Assembly: GCF_963506605.1 (NCBI RefSeq)
Contig: NC_083288.1
Location: 28,520,001-28,584,000, forward strand
Origin: Zootoca vivipara
Lineage: Eukaryota
Length of the DNA stretch: 64,000 nt
Reading direction: 5' to 3'
Made by a program: the position numbers and the translations under genes. The notes beneath the pieces are model-generated. The model saw only the letters and a list, made by a program, of their open reading frames with translations. It did no database searches and was not told the DNA's origin. Numbering within the stretch: position 1 is the stretch's first letter; each line of letters starts with the position of its first letter. This document shows, piece by piece, positions 37,930 through 50,840 of the stretch.

Positions 37930-38874
37930 ATGGAGAATTTTTACAAAGCCAATGGGACATCAATAACCACATTTACCCTTCTGGGATTTGGAAATGACCC
38001 CAAATTACAAATTCCATTCTTCATGATGTTCGTAATCATCTACACTATGACATTGGTTGGAAACATCATAATCATCACTCTGGTAATCTCTGACCATCAC
38101 CTTCATACTCCTATGTACTACTTCCTTGGAAACCTGTCCTGCTTGGAGACCTGCTACACTTCAACTGTCCTCCCCAGGATGTTAACTAGCTTCCTGACAG
38201 GGGATAGAACTATATCTGTTGGTGGCTGCTTTGCACAGTTTTTTTGGTTTGGAACCTTGGCAATTGCTGAATGCTATCTGTTGGCTGACATGTCCTATGA
38301 CCGCTATTTAGCCATATGTAAGCCCCTCCACTATGCCACTCTTATGAATGGGGAACTCTGCTTTCTCTTGTCGGCTGGGTCCTGGCTCTGTGGGATTACA
38401 GTTATGACAATAGTAGTAAGTTTAATGTCACAACTATATTACTGTGGTCCCAGTGAAATTGATCATTTCCTATGTGAAGTGACACCGGTGATAATTCTTT
38501 CTTGCAGTGACACCACTTTGGTGACACTGGTGGTTCATATACTGTCAATCATAAATGTTTGTTCTTTTTTCCTGACAATGTCATCTTATGTGTGTATAAT
38601 TGCCACCATCTTACAGATTCCATCTTCAACAGGAAAGAAAAAGGCCTTTTCTACCTGTTCTTCCCACCTTATTGTGGTTTCTATATTTTATGGATCATTA
38701 ATGTTTGTATATGTGCTTCCAAAAAAGGACACATTGTGGGAAGTGGACAAAATCTTTTCAGTCTTCTACTCAGTCTTAACCCCTCTAATCAATCCCCTTA
38801 TCTACAGCCTGAGGAACAAAGAGGTGAAAGAAGCCTTAAGGAGAGCCATTAAAAAGTGCAAGGTTTTAGAATAA
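37930..38874 (+). CDS. Olfactory receptor (OR11A-like paralog B), 314 aa
   Basis: All OR motifs present; likely ATG at 37930 after acceptor TTTCAG (AG at 37917-37918); atypical LLADMSYDRY and TM5 lacking Pro. Confidence 0.9.
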   Translation: MENFYKANGTSITTFTLLGFGNDPKLQIPFFMMFVIIYTMTLVGNIIIITLVISDHHLHTPMYYFLGNLSCLETCYTSTVLPRMLTSFLTGDRTISVGGCFAQFFWFGTLAIAECYLLADMSYDRYLAICKPLHYATLMNGELCFLLSAGSWLCGITVMTIVVSLMSQLYYCGPSEIDHFLCEVTPVIILSCSDTTLVTLVVHILSIINVCSFFLTMSSYVCIIATILQIPSSTGKKKAFSTCSSHLIVVSIFYGSLMFVYVLPKKDTLWEVDKIFSVFYSVLTPLINPLIYSLRNKEVKEALRRAIKKCKVLE

Positions 38875-39042
38875 TTTGCAGAGGCCTTGTCCACACACCA
38901 GCATTAGCCAAAGTATGCCTTACCATGACATTGTGGATTTGTAGGCTCCCAGGGAGAAGTTCACATATTCTCTGTTCCTTCTGAGTATTTTAACCACAAC
39001 ACAGCATGGCAGTTACACTAATGTTTGTCTTAGTGGTTTATC

Positions 39043-39132
39043 CATAGCTGCCAAGTTTTCGCTTTTCTCGCGAGGAAGCCTATTCAGCATAAGGGAAAAT
39101 CCCTGTAAAAAAGGGTTAACTTGGCAGCTATG
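39043..39132. mobile_element. 90-bp hAT MITE
   Basis: TIR CATAGCTGCCAAGTT; 8-bp TSD GGTTTATC. Confidence 0.9.
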
Positions 39133-39432
39133 GGTTTATCTGAAATGGGGATCATGGTTCATGTCAGGAACAATAGAACATTGGCTACATATTGTGGTTA
39201 AGAATAATCCTTAACTACAAGCCCCATTGGATGAGAAGACCAATATAAATTTTAGATTAACTGTCCAGCTTTCTGTAGTTAGTAAATAAGGAAGAGTCAA
39301 GCTGATGTGACCTGCTTCTGGGATCCAATAAGTTCATTCAATTTGCAGCATGCCTCACTTTAATTTGCCATGTTATGTGAAGCAGCCCTGAATAAATATA
39401 CCATATTGCAAGGCTGTACAGTAAACAGAATG

Positions 39433-41269
39433 AGAGAGTTTGGAAAGAAGTTAAAAGAGATTTGGATAGGTGGAACAAATTGCATTTATCATTGTGGGGA
39501 AGGGTTCCAGTTATTAAAATGAATACATTACCAATAATGCTTTATCTATTCCAAACTATACCGGTGATAATAAAAGAGGATTGTTTCGATATCTGGAGGA
39601 AAGACATAACTAAATTTATATGGCAGGGGAAAAAACCTCGTATAAAATTTAAATTGTTGACACAAAAGAAGGAAAAGGGGGGGCTCTCACTACCAAATTT
39701 ACGATTATATTACGAGGCAGAATGCTTAATATGGATGAGGGATTGGATGAAATTAGAAAATACAAAAATTTTGGACCTTGAGAGCTTTAACTCTAGCTAT
39801 GGTTGGCACGCATACTTGAATTATGGAAAAGCTAAAACAAATAAAGAATTTACCAACCATATATTAAGAGGGGCACTATACAAGGTATGGGTCAAATATA
39901 AAAGGTATATTGAATTGAAAACGCCGCTATGGATCTCTCCCATAGAGGCTTATGCACGCAAAAAATTAACTACTGAGATAAAATGGCCTGTATATAAACA
40001 ATTAATAGTAGAGCACCATGAGGGGTATAAATTAAAGCCATATGAAGAATTAAAATGTTATGGTATCAGTAATTGGCAATATATACAGTTGGTCAATATA
40101 TTTAGAGCAGACAAAAAGATAGGTTTTGCAAAAGAAGATTCACTATTTGAAAGAGAAATCATTCAAAATAAAAGTAATGTGTTATCCAGAGCATATAATT
40201 TACTACTGGGGTGGGACTTATTTCAAGAAGAAACGACAGAATCTATGATTAAATGGTCCCAGGATCTCGGTCAGACAATACAAATTGACCAATGGGAGAA
40301 ATTGTGGAAGCAAGACATAAGATTTACGGCTTCTTATAACATAAAAGAAAATTTTATCAAAATGTATTTTAGGTGGTATTTAACACCTGTAAAGATGGCC
40401 AAAGTATATAAATTGAAAAATAATTTATGTTGGAGATGTAATCGGGAACCTGGCACATTTATACATATGTGGTGGACGTGTCAAGAAATAAAAAAGTTTT
40501 GGTTAATGATTCATGAAGAATTAAAGAAAATGATGAAAAAATCGATAAAGAAAAAACCAGAGATTTATCTATTAGGTTTATTAAGTGAAGAGATCCCCCA
40601 AAAGAACAAGACAGTGTTCTTGTATGCGTGCACAGCAGCCAGGGTTCTAATAGCTTCTTATTGGAAGACATCCAAAATACCAACGAAAGAAGAGTGGATA
40701 AACAAGCTTAGTGAGTATTTATTAATGGCCAAGCTAACAGTAGCCTTGAGAAATCAACCGAAACAAAAATTAAGAAGCGAATGGGAAAGTTATGATGAAT
40801 ATATAAAAAAATATTTTTTAAAAGTGGGCATGCTCACATGCTTAGAATAAAAAGATATGAGGGGTTATAAAAACAAAGAGTGGAGATACAAGATAAGAGT
40901 GATAGAGGAATACAGGAAAGACAGAATGCATGCAGAGAAAATACATAAGTGATGGATTATACTTAGAAATGGAAGCAGAAGTGAAAATAGAAGTCGGGTA
41001 AATAAAGGAGGGAAGCTTGTGGGGGTGGGTTGGTGTTGGGGGTGATTGGTATTTGGTGAAATTTTGTATATATATTTATTTTTATTTATTATTTATTATT
41101 ATTATTATTATTATTTGTCTATCTGTTTGTTTGTTTGCTTTTTTCGTTATTATTATTATTTATGGATATTACGGATTATTCTTTATGTTTATTGGTTTAC
41201 AGATTATTTGTTTATTGTTTATGTTGAGTTGTATAAAGATTGATGCTCAATAAAAAATTAAAAAAAAAA
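39433..41269 (+). mobile_element. L1/Tx1-type LINE, 5'-truncated, young (462-aa open ORF2 C-terminus)
   Basis: LSLWGR..IKMN.LP..LYLFQ, GGLSLPN, CWRC...HMWWTC zinc knuckle; AATAAA and poly-A; TSD AGTAAACAGAATG (39420 / 41270). Confidence 0.93.
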
Positions 41270-42408
41270 AGTAAACAGAATGTCTTTTATTTAGCCACTG
41301 TTTTGATTTTGCAGATAAATGTATGAGAGTCCCGTGGCACATATGCAAGCATTTTCTTATTAACAGGAGTGAGGAACCTCCAGCCCATTACCTTATTAGA
41401 CCTAAAAAGGTCTACTCATTTGACCCACCTTTCCCACTTGAATGGTGTGGCAAATATGATGCCATCCATCATCATCATATATTTATGTATACCCGACCTT
41501 TTCCCCTGACAGGGACTCATGATGTCAGATGTGGGGCAGGTAAAGTTCTAGCTATGCCAAAAGTGACATTGCAGGCACCACCAATCAGCTGGTCGTCAAT
41601 GGGGTCCTATAAAGCACCATTCTTCCCCAGTGGTATTTTAGATTGCTTTGAATCCAACAATATTTTTCAGTGTAGCACTGATATTGTCAGGCTGCTGACA
41701 GTTGCCCAGGAACATAGAAAGACATGGAAATGTTTCTTACCATACACTTTTTATTCATTATTTACAGAGAGAGGCTATAGAACCCAACCTCTTGGATAAT
41801 GGCATTGTCCTGAGTAAATATCCACCACCTGTCTCTCCCTCTTCCTCATTTGTCAACCTCATTGTCTATCCTATGGGTGGTGCGACATGCCCTTTGTCTT
41901 TGAGCTCTTTGTTCTGCTACTTTCAAGGCTCGCTGGGTTCTGTGAGAGGGGCGGGTCTGGAAAGCTCTCTAAAGACACTGTGTCCATCAGCTGTCCACAC
42001 ACACCACCATCCCCGGTGTTTCCTCCTCCTCCTCTCCCATTATTTCATAACTTTCCCCCTTGTTGTAAGAATTTTAAGACAAAACAGTTTATGCCCCTGT
42101 ATCAATAAAGGGTGGATCCTTGCTGCTCACAGTAAAGAGGTTTCCACATATTCTCGTACTGTACTGAAACCTGCAAATGCTCATTTTTTTCACATATGCA
42201 TGTATTCTGCTTCTATTCTACTTGTCCCTCTACCCCGCTCCCTTCCCCTTCTCTCCTTCCACACTATAAAAATTGGCCTTTTAACAGAAACTTTGTAACT
42301 TCTCTTGACTTTATAGAAGCTTGTATGTCTATACCAAATGTAACTTTAGTAGTGTAAAACTGTAACTTCATGAATGTAAAATGTATCTATTATGTTGCAA
42401 GGGAGACA

Positions 42409-43995
42409 TTTTTTTTAAAAAAAAATATTTAATCATTTTTTCAATACAAACAACAACCACAAAAGACACACACAACAAAAACCATAATAACAATAATAAC
42501 ACAATTTGACCATTCAGATTTGAATACACTGATATACCTATGACTACACCTTTTAAACAATATTTCCCCAACTCTCTCTCATTCCCCTACTTCCCACCAC
42601 TATCCGTCTTATCGCTTAAATATTAGTTCCAGATTTCTTCATATTTATCCATTCTTATTTTCTTAGCTGCCAAGTATCCCGTTTTTCTTGGGAAACCCCC
42701 GGATTTTAATCCATTTCCTGCTGTTCTCCCGAATGGAGAAAAATCCCGGAAATCCCTCGGATTTCCTACCTGCCAGGAAGCCTCCATTTTGGGTGCTGCT
42801 TTTCCCATGTGTGGGCACCAGAAATTGGGCAGAGCAGCACCGAAAGTTGCTTCTACACATGCCCGGCGGCCATCTTGGTGGTGGACGCATGGCGGCGGCA
42901 ACCACCAAGATGGCCACCGCCATGTGGCCACCAACAAGATGGCCACCGGGCATGCGTAGAAGCAACTTCCGGTGCCGGTCTGCCCGATTTCCGGTGCCCA
43001 CACATGGGAAGAGCGGCCCAGAAGTTTCTTCTACACAACTTCCGGTGCCGCACCGCTGCTGATCCTACATTTTTCAGCGAGAGACTTGGCAGGTATGCTT
43101 ATTTTGTGTTGACATGCAATTTGTTCATATGTAGCTAATCTGTCCATATTATCAATCCATGTGCTCAATGAAATCTTTTTCCGGCTCTTCCAATTCACCA
43201 AAACAAGTGGTTTTTTTGCTTCTAATATCACACGGTACATCCATTATTATTATTTTACTCCTTGAAATATCCCACTTTTCCAGAATATCATTTCAGAATT
43301 AAATTCAGTTCTCCTAAATAACAATTTCTTTTTATTACTCTTGCTATAAATATCCTCACCTCCCACCAGAATGATCTTATCATCAGACAGTTAATCAACA
43401 TAGGTACTAAGTTCACATTTTTACTCCCACATCATCTCCAGCAGTTGTCTGGACTTGTTATTTTCTTCTGGTATAGTTTTGCTGGAGTCCAGTGGACTCT
43501 GAATATAATTTTCCGTTGAATAAATTTTAGTCTTAGATCCATAGAGGCTATTTCTATTGATTTTATACTTGACTCCCATATATCATTTGTTATCTGTACC
43601 CCTAACTCTTCACTCTGTTTTTGTCTATCATATTCTAAATCATATTTCTTCCTGTTGAGTAGGGATTTGTATAGTGCAAGTGTAGAGTTTTTTTGTTTTT
43701 GTTGCATAGATTAAATCTTGTAGCAGCATGGGTGTTTCCAATGCTACTATAGCGTCAGGGACAAACTGCCTTTCCAACATACGTTTCAATTGGATGTATT
43801 GCCATTGTGTTTCACTGGTTAATCCGTAGTTTACTTGCAAAGTCTTATATTCCACAAATTTATAATTTTCATCAATTAATTGATTCAATGTCTAAATACC
43901 TTTTTTCATCCAATTTCGCCAAATTATTACTTGATTTCCAATTTTTAATTTTGGATTGACCCATATTGTTAATTTCTCATGATAAAGTAACAGAG
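42409..43995 (-). mobile_element. Degenerate L1 3' fragment
   Basis: KIIFRVHWTPAKL..NCWR; poly-T at ~42409; stops and frameshifts. Confidence 0.8.
42662..43097. mobile_element. 436-bp GC-rich hAT MITE with internal palindrome
   Basis: CTTAGCTGCCAAGT...ACTTGGCAGGTATG; 8-bp TSD CTTATTTT. Confidence 0.9.
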
Positions 43996-45354
43996 ACTTG
44001 TCAGAGGTGGCCTCAGCGGTGCAGCACCATCTACTGAGTCCACCATGCATGAATCCCATTCATAAAACCATACATTCATTCACATCTTCCTGCATATCCT
44101 TGACAGCCCACAGGCAAAACATTCAAATCCTGTTTCCCTTCTTATCAGTCCGCTCCAGGTGTCATGCAGATCACTCTGCAAACAAGAAAACATATCAGTA
44201 AATGTGTCACAAACAAGTTTGCAAAAGCTTCTTACTGACACCACCCAGGAAAAAGAATGTAAATCACCCACAAGTACTGTCCTTAACACAGATGTTTTTT
44301 CCCAAATGTCACTCACCTGCAAATCTGTTCATGCCGTGCCTAGTGTGGCGTCTTCTGTAATCCATGTGCTTGCATTTTCCTGTATGAAACCAAGTGAATG
44401 AATATCAGGGCTTGCCCTTTGTTCGGGGTTCCTTTTCATGAAGCAAGGAACCCTGTTGCAACAGTCATTTCTTTGTTTGCAATAAAGATCAGGATTACAA
44501 GCCGCTTTGCTTCAAATTTCCCCGGTTTGGTCTCTGTTCTTTACTCCTGACCGTTAAGAGCCTAAAAAGTGCCTTTTCGGTAGTTGCAATTCCCTTAACG
44601 AAGGCGACAATTTATGGGCAAATTTCTTTAACACCCTCATCTGCCTCTGAGCCATGACATCCCTAAAACCCCTGATGTAAATCTAAACTGTCTTCCTCTT
44701 CCCCCTCCCTGAAATGGTCAAGCTGGGGAGGAGGTCTCCACCATTTCTCCTCTGCCCACTCCCTGACAGGTATTATGGAATACACTTCCTGCTGATATAT
44801 TAACATTCAGATGGCCCATTGATACAATATCCAGATTTAAAAAAGAAATTGTAGAGGACAATGCCAAATTATTGAAGAAAATGTACAGCTTACTGCTAGA
44901 ATGGTAAACAAAGGGTGAAGAGGTTCAAAGTGTGGTGATAAAGTGGACAAAAGATCTGGGACATAATATTCAAATGAGTGATTGGGGAAAACTTTGGAAG
45001 GTGGATCTGAAATTCACTGCATGTACAACACTGAAAGAGAACTATATGAAATTGATGTTCCGTTGGTACATAACACCGGTAAAGCTTGCTAAAATGTATA
45101 GAACAAGTCCTAATAAGTGTTGGAAAGTCAAAGAAAAAGAGGGTGGTGGGAATATAAAATGGTTAAAAGTTACTGGGAAATGATATATAATGAATTTAAG
45201 AAAATGTTTAAATCAACGTTTATTTAAAAACCAGAAGTGTTCTTATTAGGAATAATAGGAAGCCAAATCCCGAAGGACAAGAAGAAATTGTTTATGTACG
45301 CAACAACAACAGCCCGGATTCTATTAGCTCAAAGTGGAAGAAAGACATGATACC

Positions 45355-45701
45355 CATACCTGCCAAGTTGCTGTCAGAGAAATAAGGGACTGGGCCGGAA
45401 ATAGCAGACCAGAAGTAGCACTGCCGCCGTTTTGAAACTGGCCGGAGCATGCTCAGAAGTGACTTTTGATGCTGCTTTGCCCAGTTCCAAAATGGCCGCT
45501 ACGCCAGAAGTCGCACTGCAGCCATTTTGGAACTGGGCAGAGCAGCATAAAAAGTCGCTTCTGAGCATGCTCTGCCCAGTTCCAAAATGGCCGCCACGCC
45601 AGAATAAACTGGGGAAAAACAAAAAAACAACCGTTTTTCTAGCTAGGAACAGCTGGGGAAACGGGGATTTCCTGGGGAAAACGGGAGACTTGTCAGCTAT
45701 G
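45355..45701. mobile_element. 347-bp hAT MITE nested in L1
   Basis: CATACCTGCCAAGTT...ACTTGTCAGCTATG; 8-bp TSD ATGATACC. Confidence 0.9.
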
Positions 45702-46121
45702 ATGATACCAGCAATAGAAGAATGGAACTGAAATTGATGGACTATGCTGAAATGCTAAACTCACAGAAAAGCTTAGAGACAATGAGAAATTTCAAAAAGA
45801 ATGGGAAACATTTATGGGTATGTCTTAAAATATGAGAAACAGGGTATGTACAAAAATAGTGTAAATAAGTAGAAACATTGGAAGGCTTTCATTAAACATT
45901 TGCAAGAAGTTAAAATGAGATACAGTTAAATAAAGGAAATTTGAATTGAGATATTAAGGTTTGATGGTAAATGTTGATTAAAGTTAAACGTTAATGAAAA
46001 GAAGAATAGGAGTTTAATTATAATTATTCAGAAAATGTATACAGTCAATGAACCAGAATATTAAATGGAGGGAAGTCAGGAGGTTAAAGAGAACCTCCAA
46101 AAAGGAAAAAGGAAAAAGATG

Positions 46122-46124
<3 letters not shown>

Positions 46125-46171
<47 letters not shown>
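46125..46171. repeat. (TA)n microsatellite (others at 50788-50836 and 57609-57654)
   Basis: Direct observation. Confidence 0.95.
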
Positions 46172-46174
<3 letters not shown>

Positions 46175-46776
46175 AAGGGTTGATGTCTTATGTTTATTTT
46201 TATTTATTTTTGTTGATGTTTCTGGTTTTTGGGTTTGTTTTCTTTTTTAAAAAGAGTAATTGTTGAAGTTAAAATTGTAAAATCAATAAAAAATTATTTA
46301 CAGGAAAACACACATACAAAAGGAGTGTGTTATTATGCTTCCAGTCACTTCAAACTGCACAGTATTGATATCTACAATACATTCTTAATTAAAGTAGCAC
46401 CATAATTTTACAAATGGATTATGCCTCCTTTTCCCAGAAGAGCAATTTAAGTGCAGCTCTTCTTGGAAAACTCAAGAGGTTGTTCTTCATAATGATCCCT
46501 TGTGACCATTTCCAACCTCTTATATAATCTCTCTTCTTGGAAAACATGTTAGCATGAGATGCTGTCGTGTGAAGTGGTTGGACAAGTTGTGATTATTACA
46601 GCTAAGGAAATGAATCACTAAACTGTTCTGCCTTGGTTCCATGGTCAAGAGGAATGGTAACATTATTATTATTCTCCTCACACCCAATTATTTATTTTCA
46701 CTAGATGTCTGCCAATTTTAAAATCTCACATTCTTTACAGATCATTGCTGGAAAAGAAAATGTCATAAAGAGAAAG

Positions 46777-46810
<34 letters not shown>

Positions 46811-46882
46811 TGTGTGTATGTGCGTGCGAGCTCCAATTGTCTTTCCTCTGCAATGCAAAAGCCCAGCACGTTAAGTTCATTA

Positions 46883-47117
46883 CCGTGTTTCTCATATTAT
46901 AAGACATGTCTTATATTTATTTTTTCCTCAAAAAAACACACTATGGCTTATTTTCAAGGGATGTCTTATTTTTTTCCTTCTCCTCCTGCCGCGGCCGGCA
47001 TTGCTGCTGCACCTATCACTATGTCTTATTTTCGGGGTATGTCTTATATTCCTTGAATGCTTAAAAATCCTGCTATGGCTTATTTTATGGGTATGTCTTA
47101 AAATATGAGAAACAGGG
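46883..47117. mobile_element. Tc1/mariner-type MITE
   Basis: TIR CCGTGTTTCTCATATTATAAGACA / TGTCTTAAAATATGAGAAACAGGG; TA on both sides. Confidence 0.85.
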
Positions 47118-48433
47118 TATTTGCTAAACATTTACAGTACAGACCTATACATGCATACACAGAACTGATGCACACTGATGAATGAAATACAAATGCATTC
47201 AAGAAGCTGCGATTTTCCAGGAATCCATCCCAGAAGGAAGATGAGATTTTTAATATAAAGAAATATTAATATGCTGTTATTTGATGCTTCTTTCATCTGT
47301 TCTTTTTTGACTTACTTATCTAAAACTTCATATCTTCTGAATTATCTTGCTTAGCTTCAAACATCTGCAGGAACTGATATTATTCTGCTTCCTTAGATCC
47401 TACTCTTTGGTGTGTGTCCCTCTTTACAAGCTGTTATTCAATTGAGAGAGAGGGTGCCTGTAAGGAGGAAAGACACTTGTAAACGACCCTTCCTCTGTGG
47501 CAATGTTTAGTCATATTTTGTCCCTACACAAAGCATGGTCAGACTCATAATCTACTTAAAACGAGAACTAAAGAATATACCGACCAGTTAGTTTTAAATG
47601 TGTACAGATAGAATGAAGGAACAAGTCTGTTTTCACTACCAGAAATTAAATGAGTTTGCAGTCCATTCATACAAACGTATACTCCAGAATTTTCTATCTC
47701 TCAGCAGGTGAATTTAATGTTGATGCCAGTGCTAAACAATAGGGAATACAAAGCTATTACCGTCAGCTCACCCCTGCTTTGCAGCGTAGGAGCACATCAC
47801 TGGGAAGGTATTCCATGCTGTGGAAAGTGAATGTGAATGAACCCTTAGGGGTTACCTGTGAGATGCATTCAGGAATTTGGTTCCAATGAAATCAATGAGA
47901 CATGCTAGTTATGACTGAAATCACTCCTTTATTTCCAAGGTAGCTATCATAGCCTGTGTCCAACCTTTTGAGTAAAATGGGCAGTGCACTGAAAACTGTT
48001 CCTTTCATTGTAGTGAATGAAGATGTATTAGAAGCACCGGAGTTCATATTTTGCATTGTCCTGCTTGATTGGAGTCAGAGAACCAGACCCAACACCAACA
48101 GTTTGTTGCACTATATTGTTATTGTTTAAACTGTAAAGGGTTTTTTATGGTATATATAGCTTGCCATCAATAAGCATTCCCTGATCTGAGGAATACTGAT
48201 AATGAGATGCCAAAAGAGACACAAGGAGCTTCACAAGTGAGTTGTAATTTTAAGCTGATCTCCAGTCCAAACTATACCCATGATTCATCATTTATATAGA
48301 TGTATCATTACAGGAAAAAAATAGTTCCAAATTTCATTTAAATGATTGAAAAACCCCTAGCAATCAATGAAATCTGGAATATCAAACCTAAGGAAACTAC
48401 AATTTTGACACTTAACCTCCAGTGAACACACCT

Positions 48434-49375
48434 ATGGAGAATTTTGAAATAAGCAATGGAACAGCAATAACCACATTTATCCTTCTGGGATTTGGGAATG
48501 ACCCCAAATTACAAATTCCATTCTTCATGATGTTCCTAATCATCTACACTGTGACCATGACTGGAAACATCACCATCATTGCACTGGTAATCTCTGATCG
48601 CCACCTTCATACTCCTATGTACTACTTCCTTGGAAACTTGTCCTGCTTGGAGACCTGCTACACCTCAACTCTCCTTCCCAGGATGTTAGCCAGCTTCCTG
48701 ACAGGGGATAGAACTATATCTGTTGGTGGCTGCTTCACTCAGCTTTATTGGTTTGGATTTCTAGTTGTTGCTGAATGTTACCTGTTGGCTGCTATGTCCT
48801 ATGATCGCTATTTAGCCATATGCAAGCCCCTCCACTATGCCACACTTATGGATGGGAAACTCTGCTTTCTCTTGTCGGCTGGGTCCTGGCTATGTGGGAT
48901 TATAGTTATGACAATAGTAATAAGTTTAATGTCTCAACTATATTACTGTGGTCCCAGAGAAATTGATCATTTCTTTTGTGAATTGACACCGGTGATTAAT
49001 CTCTCTTGCAGTGACACCACTTTGGTGACATTGGTGGGTCTTACAGTCTCAGCCATAGACACTATTCCCTCTTGTCTCTTGACACTGATGTCTTACGTGT
49101 GTATAATAGCCACCATCTTACGGATCCCATCCTCAACAGGGAGGAAAAAGGCCTTTTCAACCTGTTCTTCGCACCTTATTGTGGTTTCTATATTTTATGG
49201 TTCCTTGATATTTGTATATGCGCTTCCAAAAAGGAAAGCTCTGCAGGAAGTGGACAAAATGTTCTCAGTCTTCTACACAGTCTTAACCCCTCTAATCAAT
49301 CCCCTTATCTACAGCCTGAGGAACAAAGAGGTGAAGGAATCTTTGCGGAGGGTCATAAGCAAATGCAGAGTTTGA
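48434..49375 (+). CDS. Olfactory receptor (OR11A-like paralog C), 313 aa
   Basis: All OR motifs present; ATG at 48434 after acceptor CTCCAG (AG at 48421-48422). Confidence 0.95.
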   Translation: MENFEISNGTAITTFILLGFGNDPKLQIPFFMMFLIIYTVTMTGNITIIALVISDRHLHTPMYYFLGNLSCLETCYTSTLLPRMLASFLTGDRTISVGGCFTQLYWFGFLVVAECYLLAAMSYDRYLAICKPLHYATLMDGKLCFLLSAGSWLCGIIVMTIVISLMSQLYYCGPREIDHFFCELTPVINLSCSDTTLVTLVGLTVSAIDTIPSCLLTLMSYVCIIATILRIPSSTGRKKAFSTCSSHLIVVSIFYGSLIFVYALPKRKALQEVDKMFSVFYTVLTPLINPLIYSLRNKEVKESLRRVISKCRV

Positions 49376-50499
49376 AAATAATTTGCAGAAGTTTTGTCCA
49401 CACATCCATTTAAGTCAAAATATTATTTACCATGACCTTGTGAATATGCAGGTTTCCAGGTTGAAGTTCACATCTTCTCTGTTCCTTCTGAGTATTTTAA
49501 CGACAGCAAAGCATGACAGTTGTGCTAAGGTTTGTCTTAGTGTTTCATCTATGCTAGGGATCCCGGTTAAAGTTACTAATTATAGCTTATTGGCTATACA
49601 CCATGGTTAAGGAGAGACCTTAACTACAGTTCCCAGTTTGGATGATAAACTGAAGCACAATCCTTAGCTTAAGTGCCATGCCACACTGTTGTTAAATAGC
49701 AAGTATGAATTCCTCTCTGGGAGCCAGCTTGGGCTTGGGCTTCTCTGCATGCCATGGCTGCTGCCAGCCCAAGCCAGGAAAAGAGGTGCATGGGAATCGG
49801 CAGTGGTGGCCCCACACACCTGTGCACCTCTTTTTCCTGCTCTGGCTGGCAGCAGCATGGGCTGTCCTCTTTTTTGCTCTTCAATATATGGCTAACCTAC
49901 ATAACAAGAATCCCATGTTTTTCATTAAATGCATGCTTAGGTGATTGCTGTTGCTGTAGCAGCAGCTGCTTAAGGGGGCTTTTTTATTGATGGAGTGACA
50001 TACTGATATTTGCTGGTCCTTTATTTCTGTGACGACTGGGATGGCATCAAACAGATTAAATAGGAACATCCAATATTTGCTGGACATACAAAATCCCTGC
50101 AATTGACATATTTCAGATCATGTGGTCATGTAAGAAAATTCAGTTATAACAAATGTATATGTTGGGTTGTGATCTTCCCAATGACTCAGTAGTGATATCT
50201 TTTCAATATTTTAAGGATAGAGTCCGGAGGGATATTATTGGAAATTGTTAACTGCAGAAAGAATGATTGAATGCCAAAATCTCAATAGCCTGTTGGTTGA
50301 CTAATATATATGGTTAATCTATTGAATTTAATCAGAACCAGAGATGGACAACAATGTGAAGACAAATATGTGGAGAAATGGAGTGGAGAAAGAATAAAAA
50401 GCAGGATTGGGTGAATCCGCATTTGGCATATAATAAAGTATATAAAATAGAAAGGATGGAGGCAATCTTATGGCAAGATCCACTGGGATGAGTGAGTTA

Positions 50500-50782
50500 T
50501 TTTTTATTTATTTTTAAATATATTTATTGGTTTTTTTTCTGACAAACATAAAACCGACATACCAAAATAGCAAAAGGAAAAAAAATTATTAGAAAAAATA
50601 CAGAAAAACAAAACAGTAAAAAATAAACTATCATTATATGAACTCATTTCATAACTCAACTTCGACTTCCCCGTCCCTCTTTCCGAGCCTTTATAATATC
50701 CCAGTTTACACAGCTTTCAAATTATGACCATATTACACACACTCATTATACTTTAATATTCATTTATACTAATCACATATAC

Positions 50783-50840
<58 letters not shown>

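Larger units (their letters stand above)
42061..44633 (+). mobile_element. Probable solo LTR (~1 kb) split by an L1 insertion
   Basis: TGTT...AACA termini with imperfect inverted ends; 4-bp TSD CCCT; AATAAA near 44481. Confidence 0.55.
44810..46305 (+). mobile_element. Degenerate L1 3' fragment
   Basis: KFTACTTLKENYMKLMFRWYITPVKL...KCWK; A-rich 3' end with AATAAA. Confidence 0.82.

Noticed and set aside
39462-40850. 462-aa ORF as a host gene
   Set aside because: L1 ORF2 C-terminus with poly-A tail and TSD.
42623-43138. Cluster of ORFs on both strands
   Set aside because: Produced by the palindromic GC-rich hAT MITE.
49383-50102. Short ORFs repeated at 53908-54929 suggesting a conserved small gene
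   Set aside because: Similarity is explained by the tandem duplication; frames and stops differ and no domain is recognisable.
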